Assembly: GCA_004764695.1 (NCBI GenBank)
Contig: SMSO01000035.1
Location: 3,174,040 to 3,238,039 of the forward strand
DNA: 64,000 bases
Direction of reading: 5' to 3'
Source: Schizochytrium sp. TIO01
Lineage: Eukaryota; Protista; Bigyra: Labyrinthulomycetes
Both the position numbers and the translations under genes were made by a program. A model generated the notes under the pieces. It searched no databases, was not told the origin of the DNA, and worked only from the letters and a program-made list of their open reading frames with translations. This document shows, in pieces, positions 50,001-63,158 of the stretch (position 1 is its first letter; each line of letters begins with the position of its first letter).

Positions 50001-52611
50001 GGCCAATGGGAAATCCGTTCAAAGTTGATTGCTTCTGTGATTCGTGCATTGCAAACACATTTACGCGGGACATTGGAAGAGCAGGAGGCCTGTTCACACT
50101 GTATAGTAGCAATGCTAACTATTTTACAGCGTCGAGACCCAATGCTGACAGCTATACAGAGACGAGAGGACGTATGGAATGCTGCACTTCTTCTTCCCGA
50201 AATTTTTCACGCTGCACGAGGCTTTGTCGCAGTTCAATATAGAGAAGCGGAAGCACTTCAGTTTTTTAACCTTGGTCGGCAACGTCGTGATAATCAAGTA
50301 CACAAGCACAATGGAAAGATGAAGCCACTTGTTTCGTCAAGTGCGTCCAAGCAACTGGACCATTTCCAGCAACCGCCGAAGAAGTATGCAAGCTTTTTAC
50401 TGGATCACCTTCCTCCAGAAATTCTTGCGTTAGGAATGCGTTTGATTACAAGCGCATTTTCCCTTGTTCTTGATTTAGATGCACAACAATTGAAGTTCTT
50501 CATGTCGTCTGCGTTAGGAGACACCGGAAATGAGATCACAACAATAAGTGCTGAAGAGTTTATGAGAGATGCGCTAGTGTGTTGCAACGCAATTCTGCAT
50601 CGGAGCTCGCACGAATTTCTCGAATGTTATCCTGACACTTGGTTTCTCATGCATATTGCATCAATTAAATCTGTGTTGACGATACTTGAATGGTTCTCGG
50701 CAAGGCTTACAGCCTTGTGCAAGGATGGTGCGGCCCGTGCGGATTTAAACCGGACGAACTCAAGTTTATGGTTGCTCTTTCTTCATGCGAGCTTTTCTCT
50801 TGCCGTGAGCCCTGTTCTTCGATTCGATACCTTTGATGTGCAAAAAAAACAAATTATAGAGCGAGAGCATTTGCTGGGTTCCCATTCTCGACTCGTAAAG
50901 TTACTCCGTGCCGTCTGGGATGGCGCATTAATTGGGCAGCGATGGCTCATTGGACATCACCTTGGATTTGACATCTTGCAGGTTTGCACCTCCAGTGTTT
51001 CAGAAGAGTTGGTTGTCCTGGGCCGCAAAATGTACTTAGATATGTTGATTGAAGAATTTAAGCATGGTGGGAATATTATCGAGGTTGTCACAACAGTATT
51101 CGTTGACTATGTTTCTCGAACACCTAACTCTGAAGTTTCACAGCGCACCGTTGACCTTTTCAACGTTGCTTTATTAGAGACCGCAAGTCGTGACCTGCAA
51201 CAAAACTCTTTCGTGACTTCCTTTGTAGAAGATATGGCGCATCTCTGCAAGCTTCTGCGCGAGCTCGATAGGCTTCCGCACTCCTCAGTTTTTGAAAGTG
51301 ACCGTGTGGACGCAATTGTGGAGCTACTAAACTACTTGCGTCGGCAAGGACGCCACGAGCAGTTTCCTGGGTCACCTCGAAGAGCTGATTGACATGCACG
51401 AGGAGCTAGGAAACTCTGCTGAGGCTGCAAATGCTCGTCTTTTACAACTTCAAATACCAGGTCAGGACCGCGAATCGGTTCTTTGGAGTGTCGTGGACAT
51501 TTGTGCTCGGGGGCGTATGTGGGAACGTGGAATCACTGTTCTTGATGAGCTGCGAGACATGTTCGAACGAAACTACATGGTCCAGCAGATTCCAAGAGTT
51601 CTCAACCGCCAGGCAGAGTTCTTCACAAAGTTAGTCTCGGAACTCGGTCAGAGGTTCTACCCGAATTACTACCGTGTTGTGTTCGTTGCGCCGAGTCACC
51701 CATCATCGACACCGCTGGAGCGCCATGCAGTTTGGAACCGATCTTTTGTGTATAAAGGAAACGACATGGAGAGTCTTGTTGATTTTTGTGCACGATTAGA
51801 GCTATCTTTTGCAGGTGTCCCTGTGCGATCAGATCGCAATCGCCACGCAGCAGCTACAGATCGATGGATTGAAGTTCAAGCTGTTAAGCCTTGCTCCTGG
51901 TTTGAAAAGGCACTTCTGGAGGATGCACGTTATCCAGAATCTATGCGATCAGCGGTTCATCAAGAGCAAGACCCTGGAAGATTTGCATTACCACCTGCAA
52001 GGATACTGAAACACCAAGCCTACATGTCCGTTTCTAGCGTTACTTACTTGACTTCGTTCCGGCAGAGGGCCGAACGCTCCGGCAATGAGATACTTGATAC
52101 ATGGGCACAAAAGAACATCGCTTTTCTTGATGCGCCTGGATTTCCATGTCTGTCCAGACGACTTTGCGTTACACGGGAAGAGAAATTGCAAGTTGACCCC
52201 CTGCGGCTCGCTGTGCAAACAATCCAAGACAAAAATTGCGAAATTCTTGAGCAATTAACAAACCATGGACATCGCACGGGACGAGATGCACCACAATCCT
52301 TTACAATGCTCTTGAGTGGGGTTATTGATGCTGCGGTCAGCGGTGGTGTGATGAAAAATTATGATCCATTTTTTACTGGTGAGTATTGCAAAACTTATCC
52401 AGAGATTCTTGCAGCCTTTGAATCAGAGGCTGTTGCCGAGTTGTGGATAAACTATCTTCGGGAGCTTGTACAAGACCAGACAAAATTATTAGAAGATGCT
52501 ATCGAGGTTCATGGGCAAGTATGTGCAGAAGCAGTTCTTCCACTGCACGAATTCTTGTGTGGCCGTATGAACGAACTCAAGGCTCTTGTTGGTTCAATGC
52601 TTACGAAGTGA
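47001..52611 (+). CDS. DOCK-family Rho/Rac GEF (SH3, C2/DHR-1, DHR-2); +1 frameshift at ~51363-51367
   Basis: N-terminal SH3 (ARFEF...GWFKG...GIFPAAFIE), DHR-1 (RNDVYVRL, RNIEV, YRSTIYYHENSPHFEE, HLLFIFSH), DHR-2 (YYRVVF, FVYKG, AVQTIQDKN, LSGVIDAAVSGG). Deleting one base in CAGTTTCCTGGG joins the ORFs as QFLGHLEELIDMHEELGN..EAA. Confidence 0.92.
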
Positions 52612-52906
52612 GGGGGAAACAAATACATCTTTTAGAGATTACTGCCATTTCACGCCTTTGCGAACACGTTAGTTTGACAGTAGAAGTAGTGTATAATATA
52701 ATCTGTTATTTTGATTAGTGTGAGAATTTGAAAGCCCCAAATAGGCTTGCACTTGGTAAGGTTGCAAATCTGTTTTATGTGTGTGTTTGGCGTTTCTCAA
52801 GAGCTGATTTTTCCAAATTTAAAATTTCATTTTTATCATTTTTAAAATAAAAATAACAAAATACTATAGCACCAAGAACAGAGAATAAGGATATAAATGC
52901 ATAAGT

Positions 52907-55103
52907 TTAAGATCGATAAAGTGCACGAGACTTAGGTGATGCTGCATTTTGTGTGGAACGCATCGCATTTTGCTCATATGCTTGCGAAGGTTGGAGCAAA
53001 GTTTCCATTGGAGGTACAATTAAGTCTTGTACGACTTGCGAGCCAAGGTACTGATTCAATAATGCCTTAAGCTCAAAGTTCTGTGCTTCAAGGGTTTGCA
53101 CCTCATTAATGCTATCTGCACGGTCCTTAAGAACCTTGATATATTTCTTCATAGCATGCTCGAGAGCTTCCCAAACGCGAATAGATCGATCTGGAACCAG
53201 GTGCGCAAGCCGAGACCAGTATTCAATTTCCTCAAGACGATCACGTTCACGTCTTGCATCAGATGCCTCTTGCTCGGCTTGCATCGTGGTTTCTCGTTTT
53301 GTTTTGCGCTTAACGGGTCCTAAATCAGCTTCAGCTTCATTATTTCGCTGCTCCACATAATTCCTTGCTATTTTGACAACATCATCTTGCTTCACGCGAA
53401 GACCCAAAACTTTTTTCTCTGCATCTGCATTCTCTGCCTGTTCGAGGGCAAAAACGTCATCTTCGTCATCGTCAACGCGCTCAAAGAAGTGCCCTACCAA
53501 ATCACGAATTTCGGACTCAGTCGAAACATTGAGAGCCTTAAGAATAGCATCAGCACGAAGTACAGCAGAGCTTGAGGCGTCAGAGATTGCAGCCTCAGAT
53601 CTTGTTTTAGCATCGATTAGAAAGTCAGCTTCTAAAGCAAGCATCTCGAGCATGAGCTTTACCTTTGCATCAAATACCTTCGATCGCCGGGTTTCACCTG
53701 CACCTGTATCTTCCTCAAGTTCATGCATTTTTGTCTCTGACTTAATTTCTACATCTTCAACCTTTTTAGTCTCCGACGCACCCATCTCAGCCGCCGCGGC
53801 AGCTAGTTTAATCTGTTGGTCGTTAAATGCTCCAGACTGGCAAATAAAGAGCTCTTGCTTAGGCGGAAGCCAACGATGACCAAGCTGCTGCTCTTGAATG
53901 ATCTTGTCCGCAGCTAAAAGGGCATCAAGTTGACCCAAAATTTCTTCCTGGTGCATGAGCCACACCTCGCGATACTTTTTGTTATCAGCAAGCTCAAAGT
54001 GCCTAAATTTACTCTGCAGATCCTTATACTGCTTTGTAATACGGCGATACTCTTCTGTAAGATCCATATTCTCTTGCTTGTACTTGGTGTCGCTGGCGTG
54101 GTACTTACTCATCAGCGTCGATAGAGCATCCTTGAGACGAGCAAGCTTGCGCTTTTGTTGTGCCAACGTCGCTGAGTTCTCCATGTCACGCTCAGTAAGA
54201 ACACGATAATTATACTCTAACTTCTCCGTATTCAGCTGGTAAGTAGCTCTCATCTCTTCTAATTGTTGCTCAAGAACCTGGATATCGGTTTCCAGTTTAA
54301 TTTTGAGCTGATTATAGTCTTCTGCATCGCGAGTACGCAGGGCCTCAAGCTCCTTTTGATAGTTTGCTTCTCTTTCCTGGCGGGCTTCCATATAGTTCAT
54401 TTCCATCTCTCTGCGCTTTTCAAAGAGCGAGTCAATCTCACCTCTGTTTGCTGTAAGTAGTTCCTTACGCTCTTGAGCAAACGCGTCCTCGATGGATTTT
54501 AGCTCCTCCTCGTAGTTGGCCCTTAGCTCTTTGTATTGTGCAGCCATGCGCATGAGAAGTTCCTCAATATCCACACCCTGTTGCTTTCAACGCCTTGACA
54601 TACTCTTCATCTTTGATCTTGAGCTCACGCTGGAACTCTGCAATGAGCTTGTCCTTGCTGTTGATGATTTCTTCGCAGGCTGTGCGTTGTTTTGCCATCT
54701 CAGTCGCAAGCTCCAAAGGCATGTTGTACTCCATGAGTTCTGCCCATCGCATCTCCACGCTGGCATTTTTCTTGCCACTCGTCAAGGCCTCCCCCTGGAG
54801 GTTGTGAAGTCGATGCTGCCGCTTATCTTCTTCTTGCACTCGCCGTTTACTCTCTGTGAAGTCTGCTTCAACTCGAATGCTAGTGATATCACGCAGGGTT
54901 TGTTCTTTCTTCAAGTCAATTTTCTTCAAGGACTCGGCTACTTGCTTTTTGCGCTTACCCGTTTGCTCTTCTTCAGGGTCAATTCTTGCATTCGCATCAC
55001 CCTTTTCGCTTCTTGTGGCATTACGTTTTTCAATGCGCAAGCGGCGAGCTCGGATACGCTCATCCTGATTCGCGGAGTTTGTAGACAGCGATGTATCCTC
55101 CAT
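52907..55103 (-). CDS. DRC1: Dynein regulatory complex subunit 1 (CCDC164); +1 frameshift at ~54585-54587
   Basis: ERIRARRLRI N-terminus, SKDKLIAEFQ.ELK.KDEEYVK.LK, LE..IQ.LEQQLEEMRATYQLNTEKLEYNYRVL.ERD.EN, C-terminal N.EL..LL.QY..S....L.VPP. Removing one A from TTGAAAGCAA restores LKQQGVDIEEL. Confidence 0.92.
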
Positions 55104-55505
55104 CCTGATGTAGCTGGAAGACGCGAGATGCGATGCAACGATGTGTTTGCCTTCGCTGAGAAGTCAAGCAGCTTGAAGAAATAGTTGCTTCACTTCTGCA
55201 CAGCTGTCAAGGATAAGAACTCTGCCTTTTTACCACGTTAACTTGGAGCCTTTCCAAGTATACTCTGCGCATGAACGGTTATATCTATCCTCTGAGCTAC
55301 GTGCTCGCAGCGCTAGCTCTGCAAATCGCGACAGCGCGAGAGCTGTGTGTGTGTGTGAGCGGGACTTGTCTGCTTGTCCACTACGATGAGCGGTCCTCTA
55401 GTGGAAGTACATGAACAAGGATAGAAGAAAGAACTTGGTTCACAATAGTGCACAAGTTCTTGCTTGGCCAACGGATACTTTTATTTTTGCCTTTCCTACT
55501 ACATT

Positions 55506-55543
55506 ATTCATTCATTCATTCATTCATTCAATCATTCATTCAT

Positions 55544-55626
<83 letters not shown>
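55506..55626. repeat. Compound microsatellite (TTCA)n-(TTTC)n
   Basis: About 20 perfect TTTC units after TTCA units. Confidence 0.95.
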
Positions 55627-55627
<1 letters not shown>

Positions 55628-56134
55628 ATCCTTTTACTGCGATTTTTCTTTCACTAGTACAGACTAACTCTGCTTTTAAGTGCCGCACCATTCACGAACA
55701 TATAGACAGATGAGTGTATTCAAGAGGCTCCTCCCGATATTTTATGTCGGTGTATGATTTTCACAAAACGAGGAAAATAATGTTAGGTTCAGAAAAGGTC
55801 GGCTTACAGCCAAATTTTTAAGTAGTATGAAAAATATTAAAAAAATCATTTTCAAATGGGACTGGTGCAACCCCCGGAAAGTTGAAAGCTTACAGCTTTG
55901 AGGTAGTGGAAAATTTACTTTTAATCTTCAGATCAGCTTCAAACAAATAATAGTAGGTTGGGATAGCTCCGGGTATGCAAGGTAAATCTAAAATCAAAAT
56001 TATGATGCTTTAATGAATGTAAGAGAAAAATGAAAGTAACATGACTCGCTTGAGCAACGTATGAAGCAGCAATAAATTTGCCTGGACAATAAGAGAACTC
56101 CTGGTGTCAAACACATACTAAAGGAGTAGGTATT

Positions 56135-56342
56135 TCAACTATCCTTGCGAAAACTCGAGCCCGCTCCGTTGGCATTGCTAGATGACTTCTTGCTAGAATT
56201 TGTTGAAGACGATGCCCACCGGTTGGGAAAAGGCAAGCCAACTCTGCCCTGTTGCAACTGTTGTGTGAACGCTTCAGATGAAAGGGTTGGGGCCTGAAAA
56301 TGCTCCAATGACATGTGCTGCTGGGGCGAGGCGTTCATTCCG

Positions 56343-56374
<32 letters not shown>

Positions 56375-59300
56375 GAGATTTGAAAGAAGGTTCATGGCAT
56401 GCTGCCCATGTTGAAGAGCATTCATCAGATCGCCTGGGAGTGTGAGGCCACTACCAGTACTCTGACGAAGTCCTTGGGATGAGCTATTAGAGCTAAAAAG
56501 ATTCGCAAGTAAAGTTGTTGTTGGATTGCTGCTGTTGCTACTCGAGGGGAAACCCGGTTGTTTGCTGCTCGAGCTTGACGGGGTGTTGCTAGAGCCCAAA
56601 CTTGATGAAGATGGGCTCGCATTTGTTGCATTTGCAAGCTGTTGCTGAAGCTCATGCAGTTGTTGTAGCTGTTGTAACGGGGAAATCTCTGAGCCGTTAG
56701 CGGCTGCAGATAGACTAGCATTGTGAGCGCTTTGCCATGGTGATGCGGAATTCTGTGCGGCACGGTTATCCAATATATTTTGGAACATACTCTGAATGCG
56801 AGCAGTAGGATCATCTGATACAGGTACTGCGGGACTGGGCGATGGGGAATTTGCTCGTCGCTTGTTTTTAGCACCACGCGATTTTTTAGAAGCCGTTGAT
56901 GCGGGCGACTTACTAGAACCTGCTGGACTGAGGGAAGGTATCTGCATGCCTCCGTTTCCAATAATCGAACCAATCGGGAGCGTACTAGCACCCGGGATAC
57001 CAGGAAAAGCTCCCTCTATGCGAGATTGAGGACTAAAGCGACCTGGCCCGCCAGTGGCCCGAGCACCAGCCTTTTTGTTGAGCATACCCTTGCCTGGTTT
57101 AATGTCCGCCACCTGAGATATTGATCGAGCGAGGCTTGCGCTCTTTGCAAGTTTCCGGTCAACTTCCTTAAGAATAGTTTTCTTATCGTCCTTGAGGGTT
57201 TTCAGTTGCTTCTCATCAATCTGACCTGTGCCTAGAGACATAATTGATGCAGCGGTGGTGAAGGTTGGGTGCGAGTCGGGCTTATGAGAAGCTGGTTGCA
57301 TGCCTTGCCAAGAGCGCCAGCGGTAATCAAGACCAGTGAGATCATCAGTCTCCCAGTCATCGTCAACACTGCTATCGTCATCATCGTCATCGTTGCCATC
57401 AGAATGGTTTGTCTGAGCATCTTCCATTTCGGAGTCGGAATGCCCCTCCTGAGCCCACAAGTCAGCATCTTCTTGGCGGCGTTTCTTGCGGCTATCAAAG
57501 TATGGTCTTGCAAGCTCTTCGTTCCAGCCCATACCAAAGTATCCATTCAGGCCTTGATCCCGTGGCTCATCAAGTGGCCGCTTGCGACGGCCCAGCGTGA
57601 CGGGAATGGCACGATAATGGTAAGTTTCAAGTGGAGAAATAATCGTCTGTTCTTCCATTCGCTTCCTTCCAGCAACAAAACGGCCCCAACCCTTGACAAG
57701 CGCTCGGTTGACAGCTCGTGCACGGCGAAGCTCTGCTTCTGGCGGTGGGGTGCGAGTTTTGGTCGCTTCCGCAGCCTTTTTACCGGCATTTTTGCCCTTT
57801 GCACTGACCTTTGTTGTTTCAACTTGCGCTTCGCGAATTGCCCCACCCCAATCACGATCATCCATGCTGTACACATATGGAAATGCAGCTTCTGGCACCT
57901 CGATGAAGCCTGGTTTGCGAGGTGACTGCACCACAGCAAAAGCATAATCAGTACTGACATCCTCCTTAGATTTAGGCAAAGCCAGACCCTCGTCGAGAGG
58001 AGCAGCACCTTTCTCAAACACAGGGGAGGCCCAGCATGCGGGATTCCAACATGACGAGTTTTCCGAATGCTTTTCAAGCTGGCATACATCACACCGTGGC
58101 ACTTTGACAACTGGAGGTACGTACTTGTCACCACTGTCATCATCACCACAAATGCGGTCCCTCCAGAGTTTAAGATCCGGCCGGTGTTGGTTGTACTTGA
58201 CATGGCGATCCTTGTCATGTGTCATCCAAATGTGGATCGCGTCTTGGCGCTCTTTATTTGCGTTCAGCAACCGGTTGATCTTGGGATCATCGGTAAGGGG
58301 GATACGGGTAACTGCCTTGATTTTAGCTTTGGAGCGGTTCTGTGAACGTCTCGGGTTTCGTGTCTGACGCCGAGGTGCATCAGATCCACCACCCGTTGTG
58401 CTTCCGGCCACAGAAGACTTAGAATCATCATCATTAGCATTATTTGTCGTGACGGCCGTATTAGCAGTACGCCGAGTGTTAGCGCGACCTCTTGTTCCGG
58501 GCTCACTCGTGCTACGCACACTCAGAGGACCGCCTCCACGTTTCTTTTTGCCAGATGCATCACCAGATTTTGATTGATCGTTTTCTGCGGTAAGCTGTCC
58601 GATCTTGACAAAAAAGTTGCGGAGGATGGCTTTGGGCATGTGAATAAAATTGACATCCTCATGGTGCTTGGCAATTGGGTCGTCATCTTCGTCATCCTCA
58701 TCAGCAGTGTCTTCGGGGCGCAAAACAAAGTACGTTTTGCTAAAGTGAGTGACTTGCAAGCCAGAGCTTTGCTCACCTTCAGGAGCATTCTCAGTTGTGG
58801 CTTGAAGCATACGTGGAGCATCAGCTTCACTTTTAATGAGTTCGCCCAGAACTGGGACTGCTTCCTGCAACACTTCAAACTGATCGCGCTTCTTACGCAC
58901 CTTCTTTTCAGCAGTGCCAATGTACCAATAACCATTGCCACTAAGGATAGTTCCAACAGTGCCAAGTTTGGACCCATATGTGATAACACAGCGACGACCA
59001 ACCAGGCCATTAGTCTGTTGATTGTTACGGTCAGCCTGCGCTGCGCCAGCGCCGCGTCGTGATGGTTTGCGACGTGGTGGAGTCCTTCCATTTGCGTTGC
59101 TACTTGAATCTGCAAGCGAATCTTCGTCGTCATCGTTTTCGTTGTCAGCGTCCAGGCCGTTACCGTCACCGGCTTCGCTTCCATTCGTAGACATGTCATT
59201 TCCGTCATCATCAACAAGCCGCCTACCGTTGTTTCCGTTGCTGCCATTGCCAGTACCGTTGGCATCCCCGTCGAGCAAAGGTGACCCAATGGGGACCACG

Positions 59301-60376
59301 AGTTCGGTGGCTCGACGTGCGAATTCAACATTCGCCTCGGGTCCGGTTTCGTCGCGGCGAAGTTGCACCCATCCGTTGCCAGATCTCTGTACAATGGCAA
59401 CTTCGCCTTCGAATTGAGCTGATTTAATGATGACCCTGGCTCCAATCCAACGGTTTGGGTCGGTATCGGCGAGGAGCTTGTCTGAGGCGACCATCCCAGA
59501 GCGTTTGCACGCGACAAGAGGTCTGGAGGAGCGACGGCGGCTGGACCCAGCTCTACTTGCTTCGCTAGCATCTTCATCCTCGCCAGCATCTGCCATGTCT
59601 TCGTCATCCTCGTCATCCTCGTCTCCGGCAGCAAGACTGAGTTCTTTGCCGTCATCGCCAATAGGCATCAGTCCAGGGCTCTGGAACTTGTACGTTTCGC
59701 CGGACTCCTCCATTCTAACAGTGAACCATGTGTTTGGATGCTGTGGCGTTTCTGTAATCACACCAATCTGACCAATGAGGTGCGACACACGACTTCTTGA
59801 ATTGTTAAGCTCCCGGATACGTACCCTCCGGTTCACGTTAAATAAGGTTTTGTCCTCATCCTCATCGCCGATGTTATTGCTTGACAATGATGAGCTGCTT
59901 GACTGGCGTCCATCTTTGTTCAGTTGCTCAGGGACCTTCGCCTTGTTATCAACATCTGTTGCCGCTGTCGAGTTTGCAGCTCCTGTCGCTGCCATTGCGC
60001 TTCCGCTAGTTACTGCAGCTCCTGTTGCTGTCCCTGCTGGGTTTCCGCTCCTTGCAATGCCGTCTCCGGATCCAGCTGCTGCTGCGAGGATGTCTGCGGC
60101 GTCCTCTTCCTCATTGCTCGCACTCCTGTCGGCCCTTTGCCCGCCACTGATTGCGTCAAATCCTTCCACGGGCTCGAAGTGAGTTTTGCGAAGTCGAAGC
60201 TCGGAGCCATCCGCGAGGCGAATTCGGTACCACGAGTTAGGCTGCGACGGCACCGTGATGATCTCGCCTTCTTGGCCAACGTTCCTTTGCAGCTTCTCAC
60301 GTGTCACGCGTACTCGTGAGCCAATTGGAAAGATCGTCCCTGCAGACCCTACCATATTGGCCCTCTCCAAGATCAC
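56135..60376 (-). CDS. Large low-complexity, probably nuclear protein with four KOW/SH3-like modules, a Cys4 cluster and a polyQ tail (~1410 aa; first ATG ~60355)
   Basis: Uninterrupted 4.2-kb ORF. Repeated IG.RV.I...G..G.I...N.W modules; CDVC...CWNPAC; basic NLS-like patches (RRKRP, RKKRR); S/Q-rich C-terminus. Confidence 0.85.
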
Positions 60377-62282
60377 GTTCTGGTGTTGCTGCTTGAGCCG
60401 CTATTTATGTTTCCCGCCCAAGTCGGGTCGAGTTGAGGCGTGGGTTTTCTTTCTTGGTTTCTAAGTGCCACTCTTATCAAAGGTGTGAGAGATAATACTA
60501 GTTTCTTTCTGTTTTCTTTCACGCGGTAGGTAGAGAGAAGAAGTAACAGGAGGCAACAAACAAATGAGTGAAGCAATGAGTGAGGATGGAAAGCTTGCAG
60601 TGCACCAGTGACCTCGCTGCCAGGTAGGCTTGGGTCTGACTTGCAGGCCACTGGAGTTGCCTTTATCTTGCACGTGCGATATGGCCAACTGACGTCCGCT
60701 GCGGTGGCTTGGTCACTGGTTGATCGGCTGATCGATCGATCGATCGATTGATTGCCTGTTTGTTTGTTTGTTTGTTGTTTTGTTTTGCTTGTTACCTGTC
60801 TCACTGACTGACTGTCTAAGTGTTTTCAATTGATTGACTCTCTTCCTCTATATTCTCTAATTTCCCTCTCTTCCTTTCTCTCTCACGACGATGTATTTTT
60901 TTTAAAGGAAAAAAAAAGTAACTTGAAGAGGCCCTGCTTCTTCTTTGTCTTCAACGAGTGATCTGCTTGAGTCGTGAGTGTATCTGGGTAATGTTGGTCT
61001 TTCTGTGCGATCCGAACACGAGAAGTTCTCACTGTCGATAGCCCCGCTCTAAGCGCCCGTGTCGCTACCACGCTTGTTACTCTGCTATTCGTGAAATAGT
61101 TTACCAGCATGTCAGTATGTCAGTCAGTTTGTTATCGTGGGAGTTTACAATTCTTTCCTCCGTTCTTCTTTCTGCCTAGCCGTGCCTAATTTCTCTCCTT
61201 TCCTCCTTCCTCTGCTAGATGCGTGAGCCGCGCGGTTTAAAGTGAATGAGTGAATGATTAAAATGAGACCACTACCTAGGAAATGTCAATGATTAAGCAC
61301 CAGGTGGTTACTTTGATTGATTGACTCAACAACTTGACTCGCAATCTCGGTCGGCGCATTCTGGGTACCCTTCGAATAAATCTCGCTGCACCTTCTGCAT
61401 CATAAACCGCACAACGCAATGCCTCCACACCAACCTTTATTCCTTTCTCCAGTCTCCAAAATGGATATACCCTACGATCTTTTTTTGCGGCTGATATCTG
61501 TCGCTCTCGACCACCTCGAGCAAGCCCTAGCTCGCGGTTTTGATGTTCTTCTTATTTTCACTCTTGGCTGTCTCTTATTAGCGATACTAAATACCGTCCA
61601 AATGTTGTAGATTTTAGCAGACAGCACAAGCAGAGGCGCAGAAGGGACCCCAAAGCGAAGACACGGTCGAGACAACAACTCGCCACTACCACAGCGAGAT
61701 TAACAGCAATAGCACTAGCAGCTTGGTCGCCGTCATCACAATCAGCAGCGGTGCAGCCTTGCCAAGGAGAAAACCAGCACCAACCCAGGAAAGCAACGAA
61801 GAAAGAAAAGAGAGTCAAAGAGGAAAGAAAGGAAAGGAAATAAACAAACAAACAGCTTTGAAAGAAACAAAGAAAGAAGGAAACAAGGAAATGCAAGCGA
61901 CCGCGCATGCCGCACGCCCAGCTAGCTAGACAGACATCTTCAGCTGCCAACCTACCTCTGTCAGCGTCTCCTTGGCCTCTGGACACCACCTCGGCAGCGC
62001 CTCCACGCTTTCGGCAAGCTGTCTGCTGCGCAGGTGCTGCAGTCTCGAGGTCTGCGCCGCCCTGGAGCGTAAGCTGTTTATTTGTTTGTTTGTTTGTTTG
62101 CTTTTTTTTTTGTCTATTGCTTTTTGTTTGATCCATCCTCATTTTCTCTCTTTCACTCTTTCTTCTTTCTTTTCCTCTCCATTTTACTATTATCAATCCT
62201 TCCTTTCTTTTGCTCTTTCCTTCTCTCCTTTTTCCTCTTATCTCTCAATAGGAGCGGCTTAATTTTAAAAGTTGTCTCCATC

Positions 62283-62406
62283 ATACATATGATACATATG
62301 GTATGTGGCACATACATATATATATATATACACATATACAGCATATACAGCATATACATCATATATACATATATATACATACATATATATACATATATAC
62401 ATATAG
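62283..62406. repeat. (TA)/(CATA)n-rich microsatellite
   Basis: Directly visible. Confidence 0.85.
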
Positions 62407-63092
62407 ACGTGCCTACTATCTAGATACTCGTAGGTAGAGACTGTCTGCCTGTCCTCTCTCCAACTGTGTCCCTGTACCGTAAAATGGTACAAACCACTTA
62501 GGCCATTCAGTAGAAGTGCGCGCGGTCTGCGTCTGTCTTCCCTTCTCTTTTTCCCTCCTTCCTCTTTCTTCCATCCTTCCCTTTTCCCTCCCGCTCCCTC
62601 TGTCCTCCACTGCCTCTCTTCTGAGGGAGCCAACCTCAGTGGAGCTCAGAGGCAAATCTATGGGGTCAAAAGGTAGAATCATGGTCAACTGGGACAGCAT
62701 CAGAGGGGACGTATCTGTTCTGACAGAGGACCATAGTTCCAGTGAAGGAGGGACCGTGAAAGGAGAAGAGTGAGGGCGCTTTTCCTTTCTTTTCTTTTCT
62801 TTTCTTTTCTCCCAAAGTTTCTTTTAGCCATCCTGATACTCCCTATTCAGGTATTTATTCCTCGAACCCTGAGAAGAAGGGTCGCAAAATAGTAGGTACC
62901 CATGCAACTCCCTCCTATTGAGAACAACCTACAACTCACACTCCTGTGCAGTCGCTCCTTCTTCTCCTTCCTCTTCTCTCTCCCTCTCTCACTGCACAAT
63001 CGCATTCCCTTCCCTGCCTCTGTTTGTTCGAACTTACCCTTCTTCAACTAAAAAGAGCGCTGATTCAATTCTTTTCCTTCGAATCCCTTCAG

Positions 63093-63125
63093 TTTTCTTT
63101 CTTTCTCTTTCTTTCTCTCTTTCTT

Positions 63126-63156
<31 letters not shown>

Positions 63157-63158
63157 TT
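63093..63158. repeat. (CT)/(CTTT) polypyrimidine tract
   Basis: Directly visible. Confidence 0.8.

Noticed and set aside
10860-54600. Euplotes-style programmed +1 ribosomal frameshifting as the explanation for the split genes
   Set aside because: The shift sites share no slippery motif and are not adjacent to stop codons (ACADM reads ~27 more codons). All lie in homopolymers, so sequencing error is more parsimonious.
55411-55713. Hydrophobic SFFL-repeat ORFs resembling membrane proteins
   Set aside because: Translation of (TTCA)n/(TTTC)n microsatellites.
58522-59661. 379-aa same-strand alternative-frame ORF inside the 1413-aa gene
   Set aside because: M/T-rich product typical of reading GAT/GAC repeats out of frame; no independent coding signal.
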